Part shown: one piece after another, positions 44,247 through 53,675 of the stretch | How the letters are laid out: every line of letters begins with the position of its first letter | How positions within the stretch are numbered: the first letter of the stretch is position 1 | Virus record (IMG/VR): IMGVR_UViG_3300037466_000352 | Direction: 5' to 3' (one strand) | Length of the DNA: 53,705 bases | From: a virus | Lineage: Duplodnaviria; Heunggongvirae; Uroviricota; Caudoviricetes | Made by a program: the position numbers and the translations under genes | The notes under the pieces: model-generated | The model's input: only the letters and a program-made list of their open reading frames with translations | What the model was told of the DNA's origin: nothing | The model's database searches: none

Positions 44247-44382
44247 TGTGTTTCTTCTTCCATAAGTGGACGAAGTGGTCCTCGGTTTTGACGAGGACCA
44301 GACCTGTCTTCTCTTCCACGCGAACCGAAATGTATCAAACAAGGACGTGCCAACGGTGCGGCCTAGTCGAATCAAGAACAGT

Positions 44383-45663
44383 ATGAAACACGAAGAAATC
44401 GAATACACGCCCGAACAACTCGCAGCTATTGCCAAGCTTGAAGAGTTCGTGACGGCTATGTACACGGACTCATGGTACTTCGTGTTCAAGGGCTTTGCTG
44501 GGACCGGCAAGACCACATGTATGCGCCGGGTCACGGAGATTGCCAGGAAGCAAGGTCTGAAGATTGAATACACCGCGCCGACGAACAAGGCAGCAAAAGT
44601 TCTGCGTAGTGTCGTCGGAAAGGCCGTGACGACCTACTCGTTCCTTAATCTGCGCGTGATGAAAAACGGTGCGACCAAGGAAATCGCTTTCAACAAACGC
44701 GAGCGATACAACTATTCGCGCATCGATGTTGTTGTGGTCGATGAAGGTTCGATGGTCAACAAGGAACTGTTCAGATATCTCAAGGAAGGCGCAGAACGGT
44801 TCAAGTACAAGGTCGTCTTCATGGGCGACCCTGCGCAGCTTCCGCCCGTCAACGAGACGAGTTCGCCTGCACTGACTGGTCCGATTGAAGTCACGTTGAC
44901 GAAAGTCATGCGCCACGACAACCAGATTCTTACGTTCGCAACGCATGTCCGCGAACAGATCGAATCGGATGATCCGTTCGTCGAGATGCGCAACGACAAC
45001 GACGGCGAAGAAGGTGTCTGGGTTCTGGATAGGAAGGACTTCCGCGAGATGATCTTCCACGCCGCTCGCGAAGGCGAGTTTGATGGCGAAACGTCGAAGA
45101 TCATCGCATGGCGTAATGCCCGCGTGAAGTTCTACAACGACCTCGCGCGCATCGCAAAGTATGGTGACAAGGCAGTGCCCGGTTACTTTCTTCCGGGCGA
45201 GATGATTACAGTTGGCTCGTTGTGTATGTGGGGCGAAGACCCTCTCATGAACACCGACGATGACGGAATCATCCTGAATGTATCGGAATGCGAACACCCG
45301 AAGTACACGCAGTTCAAGACGTTCAAGTTGCGAGTGCAACCAGTTGATACGTTGATCGATGTTCCGGTTGACCTGTATAAGATTCACCCGGACAGCCTCG
45401 AAGAGTATCAGGACCACGTTGCGTGGTTGGCCGACGAGGCGAAGAAAGCGCCTAAGTTGTGGGCCGACTTCTGGGAGATTCAAGACTACTTCCATGACGT
45501 TCGGTACTCGTATGCTGTCACGGCACACAAGGCACAGGGTTCGACGTACCGATATGTGTATGTGGATTCGGAAGACATCATGCAGAACCGGAACGAGAAA
45601 GAAGCTTTGAGTTGTTTGTATGTCGGATCGACCCGACCAACAACCCGGTTGTTCCTGACATGA
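44383..45663 (+). CDS. dda: Dda/RecD-like SF1B helicase
   Basis: GFAGTGKTT, APTNKAA, VVDEGSM, MGDPAQLPPV, YAVTAHKAQGSTY; true start likely 44383. Confidence 0.85.
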   Translation: MKHEEIEYTPEQLAAIAKLEEFVTAMYTDSWYFVFKGFAGTGKTTCMRRVTEIARKQGLKIEYTAPTNKAAKVLRSVVGKAVTTYSFLNLRVMKNGATKEIAFNKRERYNYSRIDVVVVDEGSMVNKELFRYLKEGAERFKYKVVFMGDPAQLPPVNETSSPALTGPIEVTLTKVMRHDNQILTFATHVREQIESDDPFVEMRNDNDGEEGVWVLDRKDFREMIFHAAREGEFDGETSKIIAWRNARVKFYNDLARIAKYGDKAVPGYFLPGEMITVGSLCMWGEDPLMNTDDDGIILNVSECEHPKYTQFKTFKLRVQPVDTLIDVPVDLYKIHPDSLEEYQDHVAWLADEAKKAPKLWADFWEIQDYFHDVRYSYAVTAHKAQGSTYRYVYVDSEDIMQNRNEKEALSCLYVGSTRPTTRLFLT

Positions 45664-45972
45664 AGTGCGACTACTTCAACAAACCCAAGTGGTTCTGTAG
45701 TCGCGAACGTGGGCACGAAGGACCTTGCGCGATGCACCCTATAGGGTTCTTCCATCGCATGTATTGGCGCATTCGTTTGCGCTCTTGGAAATTGTGAAAT
45801 GAAACTATATGAAGTTCCGAATGGGACACACGTGAAGATTCTTGACGCATGTCCGCAAGAAATCGTGTTCTTTGAACGACCCGATGGTTCGTACTCTGTT
45901 TGTCAAGACAAGGACGGACAGCTAGTCCACGCGTACATCTCATGTGAAGTTGAAATCGTAGAAGGATTCTAA

Positions 45973-47196
45973 ATGATTTTCCCTAACATCGAACGTATCG
46001 AAGACGTTCTTCCGCACATCGAAGGAAAGCCCGAGTTTGTTGTTGCTGAACGAGAAGGCTTTACGGTCATCAACTACATGGTTGCGTTCGACACAACGTT
46101 CCCAGACATTCCTGACCTCGAAGCGAAGTTCTTGTACATCGACGAGTTCGACTCGCGTTGTGAAGCATACGAACACGCGATGATGTTGCGTGAATGTCGT
46201 GGCCTGATGTTCGACCGTGAAGGCAAGCTTATCAGCCGCCCGTACGCGAAGTTCTTCAACATCAACGAACGCGAAGAGACGCAGGATCACCGATTCGATC
46301 TGTCTGGTGACGATTGGATTGCACTCGAAAAGCTGGATGGTTCGTTCATCCGCCCGGTGCGTATCGATGGCCTGATTCGTCTCTGTACGAAGATGGGTAT
46401 CACGGAACAATCGCATCAAGCCGAAGACTTCCTCGAAGGTCTTGAAGACGAACAGAAGGACAACTATTTCAAGTTCTTCGAATCATACGTAGATCACTTC
46501 ACTCCCGTGTTCGAATTCTGTTCGCGCAAGAATCAGGTGGTGATCGACTACCCGGAAGATGCGTTGGTGTTGACCGCTATGCGTCATAACCGGACTGGCG
46601 AATACATTCGATACAAGACGCTGCGCCTGATCGCGAGCGTCTTCAAGATTCCTTTGGTGGAACCTCTTGGCGGCAACGAGTTCGGTCCTGATGTCACAGC
46701 AAAGAGCATGGTTGATGTCGTTCGTCAGTGGCTTGGTGTTGAAGGCGTTGTGCTGCGATTCGACGATGGCCGTATGGTTAAGATCAAGGCGCTGGACTAC
46801 TGCGAGAAGCACGGCGCGAAAGATGCCCTGCTGTTGGAAAAGAACCTGTTGCGCTTCTATCTCGCAGGCAAGTTGGATGACTACATTCCGCTTCTGGACG
46901 ATCAGTTCAGGGCACGCGTTGACGAGTATATCGGCGCTGTGACGAAGGGAATCGAGTCGGCAGTGTGGCAAGCAGAATCGACGTTCCGTGGCGTGATGAA
47001 CTGCTACGAGACGCGCAAAGATCGTGCTGTCTACATCAACACAAAGGTCGATCCTCTGTACCGCTCGTTGATATTCTCGATGATGGACGGTAAAGACACG
47101 CGCAAAACGATCATCTCGAAGCTGCTGGCGAATACCGGATCACAAACACAGGTTGACGAGATGCGCCCGTTGATCGGTGGCGCTAAGTGGGCTTAA
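45973..47196 (+). CDS. rnlA: RNA ligase 1 (T4 Rnl1/gp63-like)
   Basis: ECRGLMFD, RPYAKFFNINE, motif I EKLDGS, FEF, EGVV, KIK. Confidence 0.9.
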   Translation: MIFPNIERIEDVLPHIEGKPEFVVAEREGFTVINYMVAFDTTFPDIPDLEAKFLYIDEFDSRCEAYEHAMMLRECRGLMFDREGKLISRPYAKFFNINEREETQDHRFDLSGDDWIALEKLDGSFIRPVRIDGLIRLCTKMGITEQSHQAEDFLEGLEDEQKDNYFKFFESYVDHFTPVFEFCSRKNQVVIDYPEDALVLTAMRHNRTGEYIRYKTLRLIASVFKIPLVEPLGGNEFGPDVTAKSMVDVVRQWLGVEGVVLRFDDGRMVKIKALDYCEKHGAKDALLLEKNLLRFYLAGKLDDYIPLLDDQFRARVDEYIGAVTKGIESAVWQAESTFRGVMNCYETRKDRAVYINTKVDPLYRSLIFSMMDGKDTRKTIISKLLANTGSQTQVDEMRPLIGGAKWA

Positions 47197-47215
47197 CAAA
47201 GAACAAAACTACATC

Positions 47216-47674
47216 ATGCTTATTTTTCGAATTGAAGATCAAGACGGTGGCGGAATCTATCGTGGCGACAAGTCGCATCTGAACCCGATTTCGTCGTTTT
47301 CATCAACGCGTCACCCGATGCCCGTGGACGATTCCAAACTTGTCGAAGGCGTGAACCGGATTCGTACTGATGGTCGAATCAATTCATGGATTTCTGATGT
47401 GATCGAATCTGAGGGATACATCTTCGGATTTGGGAATACCGAACAGTTGCGGAATTGGACCTACAAAGATTCGTGGCTTTGGCAGCTAAACGAGAACGGA
47501 TTTCGTCTCGCTGTCTTTGAGTTCGACGACTATCAAGACGGTAGGGATTTCATTCTCGGTCACACGCAGGCAATCTTCTTTCGAGACAAAGCAAGACAGG
47601 TTTCATACTTCAATATCGCAGAATTCTTCGGCATCCATGAGGACCCGGAAGACGACGGATTCGACACATACTAA
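47216..47674 (+). CDS. hypothetical protein
   Basis: IFRIED..GGGIY, HPMP..D, FGF...EQL..W pattern. Confidence 0.6.
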   Translation: MLIFRIEDQDGGGIYRGDKSHLNPISSFSSTRHPMPVDDSKLVEGVNRIRTDGRINSWISDVIESEGYIFGFGNTEQLRNWTYKDSWLWQLNENGFRLAVFEFDDYQDGRDFILGHTQAIFFRDKARQVSYFNIAEFFGIHEDPEDDGFDTY

Positions 47675-47676
47675 TC

Positions 47677-47901
47677 ATGGCAAAAGCAATCCAACACCGG
47701 AAAATTTCGATCACGCTTGAACTAGATGAAGACGAAGCACAAACACTTCGTGATGTCTGCGACATGATCGGTGGTATTCCAGATTTGTCGCGTCGGCGAT
47801 TTATGCAAAGTATCGGCGACGCACTTGACTCTGCTGGTGTCGTCAATTCCGAGAAGGAAGATGTTTCCCCAGCGCATTCCAGTATCTACTTCACGGTCTG
47901 A
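47677..47901 (+). CDS. hypothetical protein
   Basis: ORF in the cluster. Confidence 0.5.
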   Translation: MAKAIQHRKISITLELDEDEAQTLRDVCDMIGGIPDLSRRRFMQSIGDALDSAGVVNSEKEDVSPAHSSIYFTV

Positions 47902-47903
47902 AC

Positions 47904-48395
47904 ATGAACAAAGAACTGATTATGACGGTCGGCCTGCCGGGTTGTGGCAAGTCCACGTACCGCAAGCCGTACGCGATGGACTTCGTGTCCTCGGACCACT
48001 TCATCGAAGAATACGCACTGGCCTGTGGCAAGACCTACGGTCAAGTTTTCTCTGAGTACGCGAAGGCGGCAGAAGTGCTGATGTATGCGCACCTGGACGA
48101 CCTTCTTCATAACGGCGTGCGTCAGATCGTGTGGGACCAAACGAACCTCACGTCCAAGACTCGCCAGAAGAAGCTTCAGAAGTTCAACGAAGCTGGTGGC
48201 AAGGACTATCGCAAGATCGCGTTGTTCTTCGAACCGGACATGCAACTGACGTTGGAACGCAACGAACAACGCCGCAAGTTCGGACGCGACATCCCGATCC
48301 ACATCCTCGAAACGATGTACGAGTCGATCCAGGTCCCGAAGAAGTCCGAAGGGTTCGACTACGTGTTCCATGTACCCGTGGATTCCCAGGTATGA
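47904..48395 (+). CDS. Pnk-type P-loop polynucleotide kinase (kinase domain only)
   Basis: VGLPGCGKST, SSD, VWDQTNL...R, R..R...IP. Confidence 0.8.
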   Translation: MNKELIMTVGLPGCGKSTYRKPYAMDFVSSDHFIEEYALACGKTYGQVFSEYAKAAEVLMYAHLDDLLHNGVRQIVWDQTNLTSKTRQKKLQKFNEAGGKDYRKIALFFEPDMQLTLERNEQRRKFGRDIPIHILETMYESIQVPKKSEGFDYVFHVPVDSQV

Positions 48396-48496
48396 GCGTA
48401 CTTGACCTTCTACATGTTACGCTATTCACTACCGGCCTCTTCTTGGGCATCTGCATCGGTATCACCGTGGTGAAGTGGGACATTCTGTAGCAACAA

Positions 48497-48530
48497 ACGT
48501 GGGAACGTGGTATAATACGCGTTCCCACGT
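48497..48530 (+). promoter_or_regulatory. gp43 promoter (TGGTATAAT) inside a 10-bp inverted repeat
   Basis: ACGTGGGAAC-gtggTATAATacgc-GTTCCCACGT directly before AGGAG RBS. Confidence 0.7.
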
Positions 48531-48542
48531 TGCATAGGAGAA

Positions 48543-51041
48543 ATGTTGGATTTCTATCTCAACTCACGACAGTACGGCAACTCCGTGCTTGTGAGAGGGA
48601 TTCGTGATGGTAAGCGGTTTAGTGAGAAAGTACCCTTTCAACCGACTTTGTACAGTCGGGTCAACAAGCCTACGGGCTTCAAGTCGCTGAACGGAGAGAA
48701 CCTTCTCCCTGTTCAGTTCGATAGCATCAACGATGCGCGTGAGTACTGCCAGAAGTATCGAGACGTGGACAACTTCCCGATCTTCGGCAACAATGCGTAT
48801 CAGTTCCAGTGGATCAGTGAGAACTACAAGGGCGAAGTCGAGTACGATCTTGACCAGATCAGGATCATGTCTCTGGACATCGAAACAACGGTCAACTACG
48901 GGTTCCCCGACTACTTCGATCCGAAAGAAGAAATCACGCTGATTACGTGCCGGGACAAGGTGTCACAGAAGATCACCACGTTCGGGTGCTGGGACTACGA
49001 TCAGACAGAAGAGAACGCGGTGTACGTCCACTGCGATGACGAAGAAGACCTTCTGTTGAAGTTCATCAACTGGTTTCACAAGAATTGCCCGGACATCATC
49101 ACCGGGTGGAACACGGAAGGCTTCGATATTCCGTATCTGATCCAACGATGCCGTAAGGTCGTCGGCGAGGAAGTGACGAAGAAGTTGTCCCCGTTTGGCG
49201 TCATCAAGCATCGAGATGTAGAACAGCTTGGTAAGATGACGATGGTCTTTGAGATTTTTGGTGTTGCGTCTCTTGACTATCTGCTGCTGTTCCGTAAGTT
49301 CGCCTTCCTGAAGTTCGAAGACGAAAAGCTAGACACCGTTGCGTTCCATGTCCTTGATCGCAACAAGGTAGAGAACCCGTTCAGTTCCTTCAAGGAATTC
49401 TACGAGAAGGACCCGCAACTGTTCGTCAAGTACAACATCGTTGACGTGAAGTTGGTTGACGAGTTAGAAGCGAAGTTGAAGCTGATCGAACTGGCAATCA
49501 GTATCGCCTACATGGCGAAGATCAACTTCGATGATGTGTACTCGCCAGTGAAGATGTGGGACACCATCATCTACAATCACCTTCTGGACCAAGGCATCGT
49601 TGTCCCGTTCAAGAAGGAAACAACCGGCAAGGACATCGAGGGCGCTTTCGTGAAGGAAGTGCAGATTGGCAAGCACGGATGGCTCGCATCATTCGACTTG
49701 GCTTCGCTATATCCGCACATCATCATGGCCCTGAACATGTCTCCTGAAACGATCCTTGGTATGCTCGATACGAGCGTCGAGGAATTGCTTTCTGGGGAAC
49801 GCGGTAAGGTCCGTGAGGGCATCTCACTTGCACCGAATGGTTCGATGTACGACATGTCAAAGACGGGCTTCTTGCCGGTCCTGATGTCGAAGTACTACAA
49901 CGGGCGCAAGACAGTGAAGAACGAGATGCTTGCGCTGAAGAAGGAACTTGAAGCGAAGCGTCACGACATGACGCCTGAACAGATTCGCCAGATGGAAAAC
50001 AAGATCACGGCGAAGCACAACCTTCAGTTGGCGTTGAAGATTGCAATCAACTCAGCTTATGGTGCGTTGGCACAAAAGTCGTTCCGCTTCTTCGATACGC
50101 GTATCGCCGAAGGCATCACCATGTCGGGTCAGCTTATCATCCGCACGGCAGAAAAGACGATCAACGAGTTCTTGAATAAGCTGCTGAAGAACGAGAAGCC
50201 GATTGATTACGTGTTGGCCTCGGACACCGATTCGCTGTATGTGTCGTTGTCTCAGTTCGTGAACATAGTCGCACCGGGCAAGTCGGTCGAAGAGACGGTG
50301 GACTTCTTGTGTAAGGTGTGCGATGGGAAGCTATCTAAGGTCCTCAACGACGGCTGCGATGACTTGGCTAGTACCCTGAACTGGAATCTTGGCAAGATCG
50401 TCTTTAAGCGAGAATGCGTGGCCTCTACGGGCATCTGGGTAGGCAAGAAGATGTATGCCCTGATCGTCCACGACAACGAAGGCGTCCGCTACGAGGAACC
50501 TGACCTGAAGGTGATGGGTCTGGCGCTGGTTCGGTCATCGACACCGAACATCGTGAAGGAACCTCTGAAGAAGTGCATCGAAGTGATCTTGACCGGTGAC
50601 GAAGATACGCTTCAGAAGTACGTCAGAGAAGTCGAAGAGATGTACATGAAGCAGCCGCATGAAGTGATCTGTTTCCCACGTGGTGTGAACAATCTGGCGA
50701 AGTACACCAGTCCTTCCACGATCTACGTGAAGCAGCACTGTCCGATTCAGGTTCGTGCGTCGTTGTTGTACAACCACTTGTTGAAGAAGCACGGTATGAC
50801 AGACCGTGAACCGATTCAAGAAGGCGGTAAGATGAAGTTCGTGTACCTCAAGGAACCTAACACGCTGCGCGAGAATGTCATCGGGTTCACTGACAAGATA
50901 CCGGAAGAGTTCGATCTGATCCGGTATGTGGACTACGATACGATGTTCAACAAGTCGTTCATCGAACCGCTGAAGAAACTGACGCAGCCTATCGGCTGGA
51001 ACCACAAAGAAGTAGCTTCACTCGAAAGTTTGTTCGACTAA
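48543..51041 (+). CDS. gp43: family B DNA polymerase
   Basis: SLDIET, GWN..GFDIPY, FDLASLYP, KIAINSAYG, DTDS, K.MGL..VRSSTP. Confidence 0.97.
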   Translation: MLDFYLNSRQYGNSVLVRGIRDGKRFSEKVPFQPTLYSRVNKPTGFKSLNGENLLPVQFDSINDAREYCQKYRDVDNFPIFGNNAYQFQWISENYKGEVEYDLDQIRIMSLDIETTVNYGFPDYFDPKEEITLITCRDKVSQKITTFGCWDYDQTEENAVYVHCDDEEDLLLKFINWFHKNCPDIITGWNTEGFDIPYLIQRCRKVVGEEVTKKLSPFGVIKHRDVEQLGKMTMVFEIFGVASLDYLLLFRKFAFLKFEDEKLDTVAFHVLDRNKVENPFSSFKEFYEKDPQLFVKYNIVDVKLVDELEAKLKLIELAISIAYMAKINFDDVYSPVKMWDTIIYNHLLDQGIVVPFKKETTGKDIEGAFVKEVQIGKHGWLASFDLASLYPHIIMALNMSPETILGMLDTSVEELLSGERGKVREGISLAPNGSMYDMSKTGFLPVLMSKYYNGRKTVKNEMLALKKELEAKRHDMTPEQIRQMENKITAKHNLQLALKIAINSAYGALAQKSFRFFDTRIAEGITMSGQLIIRTAEKTINEFLNKLLKNEKPIDYVLASDTDSLYVSLSQFVNIVAPGKSVEETVDFLCKVCDGKLSKVLNDGCDDLASTLNWNLGKIVFKRECVASTGIWVGKKMYALIVHDNEGVRYEEPDLKVMGLALVRSSTPNIVKEPLKKCIEVILTGDEDTLQKYVREVEEMYMKQPHEVICFPRGVNNLAKYTSPSTIYVKQHCPIQVRASLLYNHLLKKHGMTDREPIQEGGKMKFVYLKEPNTLRENVIGFTDKIPEEFDLIRYVDYDTMFNKSFIEPLKKLTQPIGWNHKEVASLESLFD

Positions 51042-51466
51042 TGGAATTCGATACCCCGGTAAAGGAAGGGGCTGAACCCCTTCCGAATATGGATCAGGTG
51101 ATCCCCAACTACGCGAAGCTTGATGTCAGAAACGTGGTTGTGTACGGCATCCGCCACTACGACGAGATTGAGAAGAAGGCTAAGTATCAACCTGCATTGG
51201 CGTTATTCATGAACGAGCGAGGCACGGAACCAGTCGTCCTGAATGTGTTCCTGCACGAAACCTTCGATGATGGTGAGGCGATGGCCCGCTCTGTCGTGAT
51301 GTGGACCAACCTCATGTTCGGAAACGTAGCGAGGCTGGTCAGCATCTTCGACTATAAGGACGAAAAACTGGTCGTGAAGTACGACGTGACAGAGCTATTC
51401 GAAATCGAGGCCGCTGTCGAAGAACTTCGCGAAATCTATAAAACCAACAAATACAAGGTCAACTGA
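51041..51466 (+). CDS. hypothetical protein
   Basis: Coupled ORF. Confidence 0.55.
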   Translation: MEFDTPVKEGAEPLPNMDQVIPNYAKLDVRNVVVYGIRHYDEIEKKAKYQPALALFMNERGTEPVVLNVFLHETFDDGEAMARSVVMWTNLMFGNVARLVSIFDYKDEKLVVKYDVTELFEIEAAVEELREIYKTNKYKVN

Positions 51467-51687
51467 TGACATTCGTACTTGGTGCTGCATACATCGTCTT
51501 GGTGTTGCTGTTGATTCTTTTCACGAAGCTACATGACGGTGATATGAACGTTGGAAGCTTGCTCTTCTGCCTGTTTGTCGCTGCTGTTCCTGTTGTCAAC
51601 ATAATCTCGCTTGTGTATGTCATCGCGTTTACTATCGAAAAGCGGAAGTTCTTTCAGTCGAAGTTCTTCAAGAAGGTTCTGTTCTGA
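51466..51687 (+). CDS. small 2-TM membrane protein
   Basis: Two hydrophobic segments and a basic tail. Confidence 0.55.
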   Translation: MTFVLGAAYIVLVLLLILFTKLHDGDMNVGSLLFCLFVAAVPVVNIISLVYVIAFTIEKRKFFQSKFFKKVLF

Positions 51688-52286
51688 TGAAGCGTCTCGG
51701 TGATTTCATTCTTGTGGTAGATAACGTCCTGCCTCAAGAGATGTGCGACCACATGGTCAAGTTGTTCGAAGGCGAGAACCTTGGGGACGAGAAGCGTGTA
51801 TCGAAGATCGAGTGGGACGCAGACTATCGGCAATTCACCGAACTGAACATTACCGCCAAGGCAACACAGAACGCCGAGTTCGCCAAGGTCAACAACTTCT
51901 TGGTCGAGCGCCAGTGCGAAGTGTATGGTGAGTATAAGAAGCGCGTCGGGGCCGACTTCTTGATTCCGATTGAGGGTGCGGGGTTCGAAGGCATCCGCAT
52001 GAAGAAGTACGCGGCAAACGACTACGATCAGTTCGGTTGGCACGCGGATGTCGGCGACGCACGAAGCAGCAAACGAGCACTTGCGATGTTCACGTATCTG
52101 AACGATGTCGAAGAAGGCGGTGAGACGGTCTTCTCTCATGTGCTTGATGCCGGTGAGGGGTTGACAATCAAGCCCAAGGCTGGTAGAATGGTTATCTTTC
52201 CTCCGATGTGGTTGTTCCCACACAAGGGAATGAAACCTGTCTCTGGTCCGAAGTACATCGTCTCGCAGTACATCCACTACCTATGA
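51687..52286 (+). CDS. 2OG-Fe(II) oxygenase (prolyl-4-hydroxylase-like)
   Basis: WHAD, YLNDVEEGGET.F, PKAGR...FP, FPH.G, KY. Confidence 0.9.
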   Translation: MKRLGDFILVVDNVLPQEMCDHMVKLFEGENLGDEKRVSKIEWDADYRQFTELNITAKATQNAEFAKVNNFLVERQCEVYGEYKKRVGADFLIPIEGAGFEGIRMKKYAANDYDQFGWHADVGDARSSKRALAMFTYLNDVEEGGETVFSHVLDAGEGLTIKPKAGRMVIFPPMWLFPHKGMKPVSGPKYIVSQYIHYL

Positions 52287-52600
52287 GCGCCGATCAGATC
52301 AACGCGTTCTTGATCTTCATCGGTTCGCTGATGATCTTCAAAAGCTGTTTCTTGGTGTACCGGGACAAAGGTGTTCGGGGTGTGTCGATTCTCGCGAATC
52401 TGTACTTCACTGCGTGGGGAATCTGGAACGTGTTCTATTTTCCCCATCTACATCAATTTTGGTCCTTCGGGGCTGAAATGTGCATCTGCACAGCGAATAT
52501 ATTATGGATTGTCTTGACTCTATATTACAAACACAAAGAGAAAATCCGTACACAAGATGTCGAAACTGTTGGAAAGACTCAAGTCGCAATCAACGATTAA
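52283..52600 (+). CDS. 3-TM PQ-loop/SemiSWEET-like membrane protein
   Basis: YRDKGVRGVS loop, W..W...Y, three hydrophobic helices. Confidence 0.5.
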   Translation: MSADQINAFLIFIGSLMIFKSCFLVYRDKGVRGVSILANLYFTAWGIWNVFYFPHLHQFWSFGAEMCICTANILWIVLTLYYKHKEKIRTQDVETVGKTQVAIND

Positions 52601-53675
52601 AGAAGCTGCTGTCCTGACCGAATCGAAGCTGTACAACGCGAAGGACATGATTTCCACGCCAGTACCCGCGTTCAACGTAGCGCTCTCTGGCAAACTCAAT
52701 GGCGGGTTCGTCCCCGGCGTCACTCTGATCGCTGGCCCGTCGCGTCACTTCAAGACAGGCTTCGTCCTGTTGATGATTAAGGCGTATCTGGACCAATACC
52801 CGGATGCTGTCGTGATTTTCTATGACAGTGAATTCGGCACGCCGCAGTCGTACTTCAATGCCTTTGGTATCGACACATCGCGTATCCTTCACGTCCCGAT
52901 CAAGGACATGGAAGAGTTGAAGTTTGACGTGATGAACTACTTCGACCCGAAGAACAAAGACGGCATCAAGCGCGGCGAAAAGGTAATGCTCGCGATTGAC
53001 TCGCTTGGCAACCTTGCATCGCGCAAGGAAGTCGAAGACGCTACGAACGAAAAGTCCGTGGCCGACATGACCCGCGCCAAGCAGATGAAGTCGATCTTCC
53101 GCATGATTACCCCGCACCTTCGAATGAAGGACATCCCGTTGGTCGGTATTCAACACACCTACCAGACGCAAGAGATGTACTCGAAGACGGTCGTTTCTGG
53201 TGGCACTGGCGGCATCTATTCAGCCGACACGATCTTCATCATCGGTCGTCAACAAGACGCTGAAGGCGAAGGCGCAAAGAAGGTTCTGAACGGCTACGAC
53301 TTCATCATCAATGTCGAGAAGTCCCGCTACGTGAAAGAGAAGTCGAAGATTCCGGTCACGATTTCGTTCACTGGCGGTATGTCGAAGTGGTCTGGGCTGT
53401 TTGAATGGGCGGTAGAAGGAAACTTCATCAAGCTTAACGGCAAGAAAGAGCGCCGCGATGCTTACTCGTTGGTTGATGAAGACGGCGTGCTGGCCGAAGA
53501 GAAGTTCACGAAGAAGGAACTGAATACCGCTGACTTCTGGATTCCTGTCCTGACCAACAAGCGGTTCCAAGAATTCGTTGAACAGAAGTACAAACTGTCA
53601 GAAGTCAAGATGTTGAGTGATGATGAAATCGCCGACATTTACGACGATCTTGACGAAGTGGACGTACCGGAATGA
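52557..53675 (+). CDS. uvsX: RecA-like recombinase
   Basis: AGPSRHFKT, YDSEFG, DSLGNLAS, DMTRAK..KS.FR, VSGGTG..YSAD. Confidence 0.96.
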   Translation: MSKLLERLKSQSTIKEAAVLTESKLYNAKDMISTPVPAFNVALSGKLNGGFVPGVTLIAGPSRHFKTGFVLLMIKAYLDQYPDAVVIFYDSEFGTPQSYFNAFGIDTSRILHVPIKDMEELKFDVMNYFDPKNKDGIKRGEKVMLAIDSLGNLASRKEVEDATNEKSVADMTRAKQMKSIFRMITPHLRMKDIPLVGIQHTYQTQEMYSKTVVSGGTGGIYSADTIFIIGRQQDAEGEGAKKVLNGYDFIINVEKSRYVKEKSKIPVTISFTGGMSKWSGLFEWAVEGNFIKLNGKKERRDAYSLVDEDGVLAEEKFTKKELNTADFWIPVLTNKRFQEFVEQKYKLSEVKMLSDDEIADIYDDLDEVDVPE

